DNA of 64,000 bases from an uncultured Acidobacteriota bacterium (GTDB lineage Bacteria > Acidobacteriota > Vicinamibacteria > Vicinamibacterales > JAKQTR01). The notes beneath the pieces are model-generated. The model saw nothing but the letters and a program-made list of their open reading frames with translations. It was not told the DNA's origin and did not search any database. Made by a program: the position numbers and the translations under genes. Positions 34,719-45,355 of this stretch are shown piece after piece. Within the stretch, counting starts at the first letter, position 1. Each line of letters opens with the position of its first letter. The stretch covers positions 620,953-684,952 of the forward strand of contig CAVOWJ010000005.1 in the NCBI GenBank assembly GCA_963700065.1. The letters run 5' to 3'.

Positions 34719-36045
34719 CCGGGTCGAAGTTCTCGATCGTCCGCTTCAGGTGGGACATGAACTCGTCGGCCACGGCGCCGTCAATCAGCCGGTGGTCGTA
34801 CCCGATCGACAGGTATCCCTTCGTCCTGATTCCGATCGCATCGTCGTCGACGACGGCCACGCGCTTCTCGATCATGCCGACGCCGAGGATGGCCACCTGC
34901 GGCTGGCTGATGATGGGCATGCCGAACTGCGCGCCGAAGACGCCCGGGTTGGTGATGGTGAACGTGCCGCCCTGCACCTCGTCAGGTTTCAGCTGCTTCG
35001 AGCGGGCGCGCGCGGCGAGGTCCTGGATCGCGCGGCTCAGGCCGAGCATGTTCTTCTCCTCGGCGTGCCTGATCACGGGCACGATCAGGCCCCAGTCGAG
35101 GGCCACCGCGATGCCGAGGTTGATGTCCTTCTTGTAGACGATGTTGTCGCCGTCGATCGAGGTGTTGATGACGGGCACGGCCTTCAGGGCATCGACCGTC
35201 GCCTTCATCAGGAACGACATGTAGGTGAGCTTCACGCCCTGGCGCTCGTAGTCGGCCTTGCGCGCCTGGCGGATCTTCGACACGCGGGTGTAGTCGACTT
35301 CGAACACCGAGTGCACGTGGGCCGAGGTGCGGCGGCTGAGCACCATGTGCTCGGCAATTTTCCGGCGCATCACCGACATCGGCACGATGTCCACGTTGTC
35401 GCCGGGCTTGAAGGCGGGGACGTGGGCGGACGGCTGAGGCGACGCGGCCGGCGCAGCGGGCGTGGCCCTGGCCGGCGCGGCCGAGCCGGCTGGCGCCGGC
35501 GCCTTGCCGAGGAAGCCGAGGATGTCGTCCTTCGTCACCCGGCCGCCGAGGCCGGTGCCGGGCACGAGCGCCAGATCGACGCCGTGTTCCTTGGCGATCT
35601 TGCGCACGAGCGGCGACGATTTCTGCCGCTGCGCGTCACCGGCTGCCTCGGGTTCCGCCGGCGCCGGCGGGCTGGCCGGAACCGCAGGCGCGGGTGCGGC
35701 ATGGCGCGCCTGCGCGGCAGCGGAGGCGGGCGCGGGCACGGCAGGGGTCGGCGCCGCTGGTGCGGGCGCAGCGGGGCCGGCTGCAGGTGCGGCAGGCGGC
35801 GCGGCCGCGGCGGCGGCGCCGATCACGGCCACCACCGTCTCCACCGGCACCGTCTCCCCTTCTTTCGCCCGGATTTCGAGCAGGACGCCCGCCGCCGGCG
35901 ACGGAATCTCCGCGTCGACCTTGTCGGTGGAGATCTCGAACAGCGGCTCGTCGCGGTCGACGCGGTCGCCGACCTTCTTGATCCACCGGACGACGGTGCC
36001 CTCGGCAACCGACTCGCCCATCTGGGGCATCACGACATCTGCCAT
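34708..36045 (-). CDS. 2-oxoacid dehydrogenase E2 dihydrolipoamide acyltransferase
   Basis: Start MADVVMPQMGESVAEG. Lipoyl site EISTDKVDAEIPS, E3-binding SPLVRKIAKEHGVDL, catalytic DHRLIDGA. Confidence 0.9.
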   Translation of the reverse strand: MADVVMPQMGESVAEGTVVRWIKKVGDRVDRDEPLFEISTDKVDAEIPSPAAGVLLEIRAKEGETVPVETVVAVIGAAAAAAPPAAPAAGPAAPAPAAPTPAVPAPASAAAQARHAAPAPAVPASPPAPAEPEAAGDAQRQKSSPLVRKIAKEHGVDLALVPGTGLGGRVTKDDILGFLGKAPAPAGSAAPARATPAAPAASPQPSAHVPAFKPGDNVDIVPMSVMRRKIAEHMVLSRRTSAHVHSVFEVDYTRVSKIRQARKADYERQGVKLTYMSFLMKATVDALKAVPVINTSIDGDNIVYKKDINLGIAVALDWGLIVPVIRHAEEKNMLGLSRAIQDLAARARSKQLKPDEVQGGTFTITNPGVFGAQFGMPIISQPQVAILGVGMIEKRVAVVDDDAIGIRTKGYLSIGYDHRLIDGAVADEFMSHLKRTIENFDPDAV

Positions 36046-36087
36046 GGCTCGCCTCGTTTCAGTACCCGCTCGGCATTCACCAATGGA

Positions 36088-36190
36088 CAGCAGCCAGTAG
36101 TCAGTAGAAAGACCCTGGCTCGGTGTCCCGCGGACCTGCCGTTCGACAGGCACTCCTACTGGCTACTGACTACTGTCTACTGACGACTAC
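36088..36190. repeat. Hairpin element with arms of CAGTAGN / NCTACTG heptamers and a 48-nt loop
   Basis: Left cagcagccagtagtcagtag and right ctactggctactgactactgtctactgacgactac; 13 bp pair in the best register. It lies between the lpdA stop and the E2 start. Confidence 0.75.
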
Positions 36191-36195
36191 TTGCC

Positions 36196-37629
36196 CTACG
36201 CATGTATCGCCGCGCCGTGCGCCGCGTGCGCGGCTTCGCCCACGGCCTCCGACATGGTCGGGTGCGCGTGGATCGTGCGCATCAGCTCCTCGACGGTGAT
36301 CTCCATCCGCAGCGCGAGCGTGGCCTCGGCCACCAGCTCGGTGGCGCGCGGGCCGATCATGTGGATGCCGAGCACCTCGTCGTACTTCTTCTCGGCCACG
36401 ATCTTCACCAGCCCCTCGGTCTCGTTCGCGATCCGCGCGCGGCCGAGCACGCCGAAGTTGAACGTGCCCACGCGCACGTCGTAGCCGCGGTCCCTCGCCT
36501 GCTTCTCGGTCAGCCCGACGCAGCCGATCTCGGGGTCGCTGTAGGTGCACTTCGGCACGTGGTCGTAGTTGATCGGGTGGAACTCCTTGCCCGCCAGCCG
36601 CTCGGCGAGCGCCACGCCCTCCGCCGTCGACAGGTGCGCCAGCTGCAGGTGCCCCGGCTGGCCGAACGTAATGACGTCCCCGATGGCCGATACGTTCGGC
36701 AGGTTCGTCCTGAACTGCTCGTCGACGACGACGTAGCCCCGGTCCATCTTGAGGCCGGCTTCTTCGGCGCCGAGGCCCGTCGTGACGGGGCCGCGGCCGG
36801 TGGCCACCAGCAGGTACTCGGCCTTGAATGTCTGGTACTTGCCGTCGGCCATCTTCGCGTCGATCTCGACGAGCTCGGCCGTGGCTCGCACCGCGGTCAC
36901 GGTAGCGGACGTGTGGAAGACGATGCCCTGCTTCTTGAACGACTTCTCCAGCTCGAGCGAGATCGTCTCGTCCTCGAGCGGCACCAGGTGCGGCAGCAGC
37001 TCGATGACGGTCACCTCGCTGCCGAACCGCTTGAACACCGTGGCGAACTCGACGCCGATGGGCCCGCTGCCCAGGATGGCGATCGACGTCGGCACGGTCT
37101 TCATGCCGATCGCCTCGTCGCTCGTGATGATCCGCGCGCGGTCGAGCTCGATCCCGGGCACGCTGCGCGCGTACGACCCGGTGGCGATGACGATCTCCTT
37201 CGCCGTGAGCGTCTGCGGCTCGTCGCCCGTCACCTCGACCCTGCCGGGCCCGGCCAGCTTCGCGCTGCCCTTGATCCACGTGACGTTGTTCTTCTTGAAC
37301 AGGAACTCGATGCCGCGTGTCAGGACGGTGACGATCTTGTCCTTCCGCCCCTGCACCTGGTTCATGTCGATCCGGGCCGGCTGGTCGCCGAGGATGAGCC
37401 CCCATTCCTTCGACGCCTGGGCGATCTTCAGGGCGTGGGCGTGCTCGAGCAGCGCCTTCGTCGGGATGCAGCCCCAGTTCAGGCACGTGCCGCCCAGCGT
37501 CTTCTGGCGCTCGACCACGGCGACCTTCAGGCCGAGCTGCGCGGCGCGGATGGCCGCGGGATAGCCGCCGGTGCCGGCCCCGATGATGATGACGTCGAAC
37601 GCGTTCGCCACGGGTCGTTCTCCTCGCAA
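36196..37629 (-). CDS. lpdA: Dihydrolipoyl dehydrogenase (E3)
   Basis: FDVIIIGAGTGGY FAD fold. Redox disulfide GGTCLNWGCIPTK. C-terminal HAHPT. The start could be the GTG at 37611. Confidence 0.9.
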   Translation of the reverse strand: MRGERPVANAFDVIIIGAGTGGYPAAIRAAQLGLKVAVVERQKTLGGTCLNWGCIPTKALLEHAHALKIAQASKEWGLILGDQPARIDMNQVQGRKDKIVTVLTRGIEFLFKKNNVTWIKGSAKLAGPGRVEVTGDEPQTLTAKEIVIATGSYARSVPGIELDRARIITSDEAIGMKTVPTSIAILGSGPIGVEFATVFKRFGSEVTVIELLPHLVPLEDETISLELEKSFKKQGIVFHTSATVTAVRATAELVEIDAKMADGKYQTFKAEYLLVATGRGPVTTGLGAEEAGLKMDRGYVVVDEQFRTNLPNVSAIGDVITFGQPGHLQLAHLSTAEGVALAERLAGKEFHPINYDHVPKCTYSDPEIGCVGLTEKQARDRGYDVRVGTFNFGVLGRARIANETEGLVKIVAEKKYDEVLGIHMIGPRATELVAEATLALRMEITVEELMRTIHAHPTMSEAVGEAAHAAHGAAIHA

Positions 37630-37636
37630 GCAACCG

Positions 37637-38143
37637 TCAGTGGATCTTCAGCCGCGACGCCTGCGCCGCGTCGATCGCCGGCGCGTAGTCCGGCGCGATC
37701 GCGAGCGACTCGCGGAAGCACTCCAGCGCCCGGCCGTAACAGTCCATCGCCGCGTGGGCGCGGCCCAGGTTGAACCAGGGATAGTGATAGCTCTCGTAGC
37801 GGCTCGCGCGCAGGGCGCGTTCGAGCCACGCGACGGCCTCGTCGGGCTTCCCCTGCTCGATCAGGTAGGCGCCAATGTCGTTGTACGGGTTGCCGAACTC
37901 CGGGTCGACCTCGATCGCCTTCTGGCACTCGTGGATCGCATCGTCGAGGCGGCCCTGGTAGGAATAGGTCCAGGCCAGGAACGTGTGCGCCTCGGCCGTC
38001 GGGAAGAGGCCAATCGAGGCCTGGTAGAGCGCGGCCGCCTCGTCGAGCTCGCCGCTCATCTGGTGCTCGTAGCCCTGCTGGAAGAGCCGCAGCGCCCGGT
38101 CGAGCAGCGCCTTCCTGGGAGAGTGTTCGCCGGCCATGCGCAA
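37637..38143 (-). CDS. TPR repeat protein
   Basis: 168 aa of TPR-like A/Y/G-patterned helices (AAALYQASIGLFP...AHTFLAWTYSYQGRLDDAI...). Confidence 0.7.
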   Translation of the reverse strand: MRMAGEHSPRKALLDRALRLFQQGYEHQMSGELDEAAALYQASIGLFPTAEAHTFLAWTYSYQGRLDDAIHECQKAIEVDPEFGNPYNDIGAYLIEQGKPDEAVAWLERALRASRYESYHYPWFNLGRAHAAMDCYGRALECFRESLAIAPDYAPAIDAAQASRLKIH

Positions 38144-38260
38144 GCCTCACGTTACCGGCAGCGTCGCGACACTGTCAACAGCGCGCGCCCGCCTCCGCTG
38201 AACGGCCTGACGGCCAGCTCCGGCGCGGTCTCGCGACGTGGCTCGACCTTGTGCTCGACC

Positions 38261-38290
38261 TTGCTCCGGGCGCCGCGCGGCGCCTACAAT
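38261..38290 (+). promoter_or_regulatory. Candidate sigma70 promoter for the response-regulator gene (TTGCTC-18 nt-TACAAT)
   Basis: TTGCTC at 38261-38266 and TACAAT at 38285-38290. The -35 overlaps the second copy of a direct repeat, gctcgaccttg (38241-38251 and 38253-38263). Confidence 0.3.
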
Positions 38291-38330
38291 CAGCCGACTT
38301 CTGCGCCCCGCGCCCGAAAGGACCGCACCC

Positions 38331-39728
<1,398 letters not shown>

Positions 39729-40002
39729 CCCTTGCAGGCTGCGTGGGTCAGCGACGAATCTGAACCTTGGGGGCGTCGCAGAAACTGCAACGGGTGTCTC
39801 GCTCTGATGTGGCAGCTGCCGCCACGTGTCTCCATTGTGGACACCGACGCGCACGGGCGTCTGCTGGCAGGATGCACCCACCATTCACGAGGCGCTTTCG
39901 CGTCATAATCGCTGCGTTCAAAGGGTCTCGTCGGCACGCGGCGCGCGGCGGCCCGCAGGGTCCGGCCGCCCCGGCCGGGGCTGCAGCCCCTCCCGCCGCC
40001 GC

Positions 40003-40018
40003 CGGAACGCCCCTTGCA
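40003..40018 (+). promoter_or_regulatory. Candidate sigma54 -24/-12 promoter
   Basis: CGGAACG-CCCC-TTGCA versus consensus TGGCACG-N4-TTGCW. GG and GC have the correct spacing. It lies 27 nt upstream of the rSAM ATG (40045). Confidence 0.4.
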
Positions 40019-40044
40019 ATGGAGAGCCGGGGGATCGACCCGCG

Positions 40045-41488
40045 ATGAAACCGTCTGCCTTCAACGTCCGCGTGCCGCTCGCCAGCGGCGAGGTGTTCCT
40101 GATGAACACCCTCACCGACGCCCAGGCGGTGGTGTCGGACGACGTGGTCGAGCTGCTCGACAGGCTGGATGCGGGCGCCGCCGACCCGGCGGCGGTCTCG
40201 CCGGCCGACGAGCACGCGCTCAAGGCGCTGGCCGAGAACGGCTTTCTCGTCCGCCACGATTCGTCGGAGCGGGCGGCGCTCGAATCGGTACTTTGCCGCG
40301 TTCCGCGACGACCCGTCGCAGCTGCGCGTCACCATCCTCACCACCCTGCAGTGCAACTTCGCCTGCGACTACTGCTACCAGGGCGAGCATGCCGGCGACG
40401 GGCGGACCGCGGATCGCATGCCGATCGACACCGCCGCGAAGGTGGCGGCCTGGATCGCCGGCCGGGTGGAGGAGGTGCAGCCGCGCCGGCTCGTGCTCAC
40501 CTTCTTCGGGGGCGAGCCGCTGCTGAACGTGCCGGCAATCTTCGAGATCGCAGGGCGCCTGTCGAGGCACACGGCGGCGCGCGACGTGGCGCAGTCGGTC
40601 AATGTCATCACCAACGGCCTCCTGCTCACGCCGGACCTCGTCAAGGCCATGCTGCCGCTCGGCCTCACCGGCGTGAAGGTCACCCTCGACGGCGACCGCG
40701 ACACCCACGACCGCATGCGCCCGCTGCGGGGCGGCCAGGGCACGTTCGACCGTATCATCGAGAACGTCCGCCGCGTGGCGCCGCTGGTGCCGATCACCAT
40801 CGGCGGCAACTTCGACGCGGACACGGCCGACCGTTACCCGGCGCTCCTCGATTTTCTGAAGGAGCAGGAGTTCGCCGCCCGCATCAACAAGGTCGCGTTC
40901 AAGCCGGTCATCAGGCCCGCGGCGGCCGAGGCTCCCGCCGGCGTCATCCCGCTGCAGCCGGTCGATTCGAACAGCCGGCCGCTCGGCGGCGGCTGCATGA
41001 CGGCGGCGGGGCCGTCAACGGGACGGACGGCGAAGTCCGGCTGCTCGCCCTGCGACAGCTGCAATCTCGCGGACGACCAGATGTCGTATCTGCGGGAGGA
41101 GACGCAGAGGAGAGGGTTTCCGGCGCCCGACGGCGTGCACATGGGGCCGTGCGAGATCTTCCGACGCCACTCGCACACCATCGGGCCGGACGGCTCGCTC
41201 TATGCCTGCCCCGGGTTCACGGGGGAGTACGCGCTGAGCGTCGGCCACATCGACGGCCGGTGCGAGCCCGATCACGCCGCGGCGGCGCGCCGGTTGGAGC
41301 ATTTGGCGCCGTGGCGCCACTGCGGCGACTGCCCGTTCATTCCGGTATGCGGCGGCGGCTGTGCCGTTGCCGCCCATGCCGAGCTTGGCGACATGGACGC
41401 GCCCTCGTGTCACAAGCGGAGCTTCGAAGCGGCGCTCACTTCGCTCGCGGCGGAGGCCGCGGGCCATCAGGCAGGAGGAGTACAATGA
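40045..41488 (+). pseudogene. Radical SAM/SPASM-domain peptide maturase with an N-terminal RRE-like domain; frame broken by one extra base near 40287
   Basis: MKPSAFNVRVPLASGEVFLMNTL...ALAENGFLV is RRE/PqqD-like. CNFACDYC is the CxxxCxxC cluster. FFGGEPLL. SPASM YACPGF...WRHCGDCPFIPVCGGGC. The first 80 aa are in track ORF 39826..41577 and the rest in 40169..41488. Length is 1444 nt = 3n+1. Dropping one G of tcGgtac gives ...AALESYFAAFRDDPSQLRV. Confidence 0.8.
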
Positions 41489-41577
41489 AGGTCAAGGTTC
41501 TGAAGGGTGCCAAGAAGGCTCCGTCGCGTGAGATGTGCCCGTGGATGATCACCGTGCCGCCGGAGAGCGGCAAGTAG
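41485..41577 (+). CDS. 30-aa small ORF; candidate precursor peptide for the rSAM/SPASM enzyme
   Basis: MKVKVLKGAKKAPSREMCPWMITVPPESGK. The ATG overlaps the maturase stop (ATGA 41485-41488). AGGAGGAG lies 4 nt upstream of the ATG. Confidence 0.5.
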   Translation: MKVKVLKGAKKAPSREMCPWMITVPPESGK

Positions 41578-41634
41578 GGGACGATCGTACCGACTGGGAG
41601 CTGCCGGACGGACGCCAGCCCGGACAGGTACGAG

Positions 41635-41666
41635 TCTGCGCAGCCACGCGCGCGTGGCTGCGCAGA
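41635..41666. promoter_or_regulatory. Perfect 32-bp palindrome
   Basis: tctgcgcagccacgcg|cgcgtggctgcgcaga, 16+16 with no mismatch and no loop. It lies 58 nt after the small-ORF stop and overlaps the probable SBP start region. Confidence 0.6.
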
Positions 41667-43184
41667 TCTGTACCTCGCTTGGCAGTGGCCGGGGCGCTGT
41701 CTGCCTTTGCATGTTCGGGCCCGTCGGCGGGGCCCGCTGCGCCGCGCGGCCCGCTGACTCTCACGATCGGCGTTCCCCAGAGCCGTCAACTCCGTCCCGG
41801 CCGCGGCGCGCAACTCATTGCCGAGTTCCTCGCCTTCGAACGCCTGACGACCAACGACGCCGACGGCCGCACCAGGCCGCTGCTTCTCGAGGGCTGGCAA
41901 ACCTCGACCGACGGTCTCACGTGGGAGCTTCGCGTCCGCCCAGATACCCGGTTTCAGGACGGCGCGCCGCTTGGCGCCGCCGACATCACGCGCACGTTCG
42001 ACGCGGCGATGGCGGATCCGGCCCTGCGAGGCATTTCCGTCTGCCTGCCGAACATCGCATCGGTCGTCGCGCGAGGCGACCTTGCCGTCGTCGTCACGCT
42101 GACGCAGCGCTGCTCCTACCTGCTCGACGATCTCGACCTGGCCATCAAGAAGACTGCGCCCGACGGGGACGGGAAGACCCACATCGGCACAGGCCCCTTC
42201 GCGATTGTCTCGTCGTCGCCCGACGCCATCGTCCTCGAAGCCAACGGCAGCTATCACGGCGGCGCTCCTGCGATCGATCGCGTGGTCATCAGGCCGTTCG
42301 ACGCGCTGCGCAAGGCGTGGTCCGGGATGATGCGCGGCGAGGTGGATTTTCTCTGGGAGGTCGGCCCCGACACGGCCGAGTTCCTGAGCGACCAGTCCAC
42401 GGTGGCCGTGCGTTCGTATCTCAGCTACTACGCCTACGCGGTGATGTTGAACTCGGCCCGGCCGGCGTTCCGCCGGTCCGAGGTGAGGCGCGCGCTGAAC
42501 CTGGCCGTCGACAGGCCCACGATCGTGAGGCAGGGCCTGCGAACTCGGGGCCTGCCCGCCGACGGCCCCGTGTGGCCGCGCTACTGGGCGCGCGACACGG
42601 CAGCCAGGCCCGCCGCGTTCGATCCCGCCGGGGCCGAGGCGCTGCTGCATGCCGCGGGAGCGGAGGCGCTCGAGTTCACGTGCCTCGTGCCGGCGGACTT
42701 CTCGATCCTGGAACGCATGGCGCTCGTCGTGCAGCGGCAGTTCGCCGACGTCGGCGTGCGCATGCGACTCGAATCGCTGCCTCCGGACGCGTTCGAACTC
42801 CGTATCTTGTCGGGCGACTTCGACGCGGTGCTCATCTCGGTTGTCAGCGGCCCGTCGGCGACGGTGTATCACCGCCTCTGGCACTCGCCGGGCGAGACGC
42901 CGCGCTGGAACTTCTGGGGGTATCGCAACGCCGGCGTCGATGCCGCGCTTGATGCCGCGCTGGCCGCGCCGGCCGGCGGGCCTGGCGAAGCGGCGTTCGG
43001 CGCGGCCATGGCGCGGTTCGAGGCCGCCGTGCGCGACGATCCGCCCGCGGTGTTCCTCGCGTGGAGCCAGGCCGTGCAGGCCGTGAGCCGCCGCTTCGCG
43101 CTGCCACCTGACAGCGACGGCCGAGACGCCATCTACGTGGTCAACCGGTGGCTGCTGCGCCGGCCGGGAGCGGACGGCCGATGA
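41658..43184 (+). CDS. Periplasmic solute-binding protein, family 5 (peptide/nickel type); start uncertain
   Basis: Signal-like RRSVPRLAVAGALSAFA|CSG. Family-5 blocks RFQDGAPLGAADITRTFD and IGTGPFAIVSS. The only in-frame ATG (41535) lies inside the peptide ORF and gives a 40-aa non-signal extension. CTG 41658, TTG 41679 or GTG 41685 are alternatives. Confidence 0.75.
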   Translation: MRRSVPRLAVAGALSAFACSGPSAGPAAPRGPLTLTIGVPQSRQLRPGRGAQLIAEFLAFERLTTNDADGRTRPLLLEGWQTSTDGLTWELRVRPDTRFQDGAPLGAADITRTFDAAMADPALRGISVCLPNIASVVARGDLAVVVTLTQRCSYLLDDLDLAIKKTAPDGDGKTHIGTGPFAIVSSSPDAIVLEANGSYHGGAPAIDRVVIRPFDALRKAWSGMMRGEVDFLWEVGPDTAEFLSDQSTVAVRSYLSYYAYAVMLNSARPAFRRSEVRRALNLAVDRPTIVRQGLRTRGLPADGPVWPRYWARDTAARPAAFDPAGAEALLHAAGAEALEFTCLVPADFSILERMALVVQRQFADVGVRMRLESLPPDAFELRILSGDFDAVLISVVSGPSATVYHRLWHSPGETPRWNFWGYRNAGVDAALDAALAAPAGGPGEAAFGAAMARFEAAVRDDPPAVFLAWSQAVQAVSRRFALPPDSDGRDAIYVVNRWLLRRPGADGR

Positions 43185-44968
43185 GCACGCTGCGCGTCCG
43201 CTTCGCGCTGATGCTCGCCACGGCCGCCGTGGTGCCGCTGCTCACGTACGGGGCGGTCTCGGTGTACTCCCTGCGCGAGAGCACGCGGCGCACGGTGACG
43301 GAGGGCAACATCAACCTCGCGCGGCAGGTGGCCGAGCAGGTGCGCCGCTATGTCGCCACCAACCTGCAGATTCTCGACGCGCTCGCCGCCGATCTCGACA
43401 GCACGGGGCTCGATGCGGCGCAACAGGATCGGATTCTCAAGAACTACGTCCTCCGCTTCCCGGAGTTCCGTGAACTGACGGCGTTCGACGCCGCAGGGCG
43501 CCCCGTGGCCACCAGCCGGCTGGGCGCGCCAGGCGTCCGCATCCCCGGCGCCGACGCGGTCGACCTCTACGGCGCCCGGATGTCGCCGGTGCACGTCGAC
43601 GACGACCTCCTGCCCACGGCGCTCGTGGCCGCGCCGGTCGGCCGCGGCGGCAGGCAGGCTGGCTGGCTCGTCGGCGAGTTCAGCATCGAGGAACTGTGGC
43701 GCCTGACCGGGCGCATCCGCGTGGGCGCGTCGGGCTACGTCATGGTGGCGGACCCGCGCGGCGGCCTGCTGGCCCACGGCAATCCCGAGCAGCGCTCGAC
43801 CGTTGCGCGCGGCGAGAGCCTCGCCGGTGACCCGATCGTGAAGGCGCTGCTCGGCGCCGCGCCCGGGACGCCGCAGGTCGTCGAGCGGCAGGGCCGGGGC
43901 GGCGTGCCCGTGGTCGCGGTCGGCATCCGCGTGCCGGAACTCGGCTGGATGGTGCTGGTCGAGCAGCCCGCCCGCGAGGCGTTCGCCGCGGCGCGCCGCC
44001 ACGAGCGTGATCTCATCGCGGCCATCAGCCTCGCGCTGCTCATCATGCTGCTCGCGGGCCTGGTCTGGGGCCGGTCGCTCATCCAGCCGATCCGCGAGAT
44101 CATCCGCGGCACCGAGGCCATCGCGGACGGCCGGCTCGACGAGCGCGTCCGCGTCACGACGAAGACCGAGCTGGGGCGGCTCGGCGAAGCGTTCAACACG
44201 ATGGCGGGCCGCCTCGGCGAGCTCCAGGAAGACGTGCGGAAGCAGGAGCGCCACGCCATGTTCGGCCGCGTGGCCGCGGGCCTGGTCCACGACCTGTCGC
44301 ACCCGTTCAAGAACGTCCAGAACAACTGCCGGCTCGTCGTCAAGATGCACGACGACCCGGAATACCTCGAGCTGTTCAAGCGCACGACCGACCGCGAGTT
44401 CGCCCAGGTCAAGCGCGTGTTCGAGGATCTCCGCAACATCGCGCGGCCGATGCCGATGGAGCGCTTCCCGCTGGACCTGAACAAGCTGGTGTCGGACGTC
44501 GCGGAGTCGATGCGCGCCAACGCGTCGGCCGCGGGCCTGACCATCGACCTGGATCTCGCCGCTGACACCCTCTACGTCGAAGGCGACATGTTCGCCCTGA
44601 GCCGCGTGTGCCGCAATCTCATGATGAACGCGATCGAGGCCACCGCGCCGAACGGGCGCATCACCCTCAGCACCGCCTCCGAGAACGGGCGCGCCGTGCT
44701 GCGCGTCGCCGACACGGGCTGCGGCATCCCGGCCGACCGGCTCGACACGATGTTCGAGGACTTCAATACGACGAAGCGCCAGGGCCTCGGCCTGGGCCTG
44801 GCGATCACGAAGAAGATCGTGGATCAGTCGGAAGGGACCATTGCCGCCACGAGCGTCGTGGGCGCGGGCACGACCTTCGCCGTGTCGCTTGCACGGGCCC
44901 CAGCGCCGGCGGAGGGAATTCCCGGCGAGCCTGGCGGCGAGCCGGCCGACTGGCCGGCGCCGGTGTAG
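43181..44968 (+). CDS. Sensor histidine kinase (TM, Cache-like periplasmic domain, TM, HAMP, HisKA, HATPase)
   Basis: The ATG overlaps the SBP stop (ATGA 43181-43184). HAMP IQPIREIIRGTEAIADGRLDERV. H-box AAGLVHDLSHPFKN. N/G boxes NLMMNAIEA, VADTGCGI and GLGLGLAI. Confidence 0.9.
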   Translation: MSTLRVRFALMLATAAVVPLLTYGAVSVYSLRESTRRTVTEGNINLARQVAEQVRRYVATNLQILDALAADLDSTGLDAAQQDRILKNYVLRFPEFRELTAFDAAGRPVATSRLGAPGVRIPGADAVDLYGARMSPVHVDDDLLPTALVAAPVGRGGRQAGWLVGEFSIEELWRLTGRIRVGASGYVMVADPRGGLLAHGNPEQRSTVARGESLAGDPIVKALLGAAPGTPQVVERQGRGGVPVVAVGIRVPELGWMVLVEQPAREAFAAARRHERDLIAAISLALLIMLLAGLVWGRSLIQPIREIIRGTEAIADGRLDERVRVTTKTELGRLGEAFNTMAGRLGELQEDVRKQERHAMFGRVAAGLVHDLSHPFKNVQNNCRLVVKMHDDPEYLELFKRTTDREFAQVKRVFEDLRNIARPMPMERFPLDLNKLVSDVAESMRANASAAGLTIDLDLAADTLYVEGDMFALSRVCRNLMMNAIEATAPNGRITLSTASENGRAVLRVADTGCGIPADRLDTMFEDFNTTKRQGLGLGLAITKKIVDQSEGTIAATSVVGAGTTFAVSLARAPAPAEGIPGEPGGEPADWPAPV

Positions 44969-44990
44969 GCGCGATCCGCCGTCGACGGGG

Positions 44991-45049
44991 CGGTTTCCGG
45001 ACCAGTACGTGCGGCCGCGTGCAGCCGCTGCACGAAAGCCCGGAAACCG
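44991..45049. terminator. Nested hairpin between the convergent kinase and HU genes
   Basis: The outer stem cggtttccgg / ccggaaaccg (10 bp) encloses gtgcag-ccg-ctgcac (45019-45033). Confidence 0.5.
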
Positions 45050-45055
45050 TGCCGG

Positions 45056-45355
45056 CTACTTGTGGGGAAGGACCGCGTCCTTCAGCTGCTTGACCACGCG
45101 GGCCTTGACCACGGTCTTGGCCGGGATCTTGATGGCTTCGCCCGTCGCCGGGTTGCGGCCCATCCGCGCCTTGCGCTTCTGGACGACCAGCTTCACCATG
45201 CCGGGGAGCACGAACTCGCCCGACCGCTTGAGTTCTTTCTCCGAGAGCATCGCCAGCTCATCGAAGAACTCGCGCGCCGCGGCGCGCTTCACTTCGAAGC
45301 GGTCCGCGAAGTGCGCGAACAGTTCCGACTTGCCCATCCTGCGGGCCTCTACCAT
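45056..45355 (-). CDS. HU/IHF-family DNA-binding protein
   Basis: KSELFAHFADRF...GRNPATGEAIKIPAKTVVKARV. The start is chosen at the ATG preceded by AGGAG (45355); ATG 45337 and 45388 are alternatives. Confidence 0.85.
   Translation of the reverse strand: MVEARRMGKSELFAHFADRFEVKRAAAREFFDELAMLSEKELKRSGEFVLPGMVKLVVQKRKARMGRNPATGEAIKIPAKTVVKARVVKQLKDAVLPHK

Noticed and set aside
39767-40048. Track ORF of 93 aa upstream of the rSAM gene as an alternative precursor peptide.
   Set aside because: It has Arg/Ala/Pro-rich shadow-type composition and no SD, and it overlaps the promoter region. The SD-coupled ORF at 41485 is the far better candidate.
41535-41657. ATG 41535 as the start of the binding-protein gene, as in the ORF track.
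   Set aside because: It lies inside the small peptide ORF and would add about 40 non-signal residues before an obvious signal peptide. A non-ATG start near 41658-41685, or an undetected indel, is more plausible.
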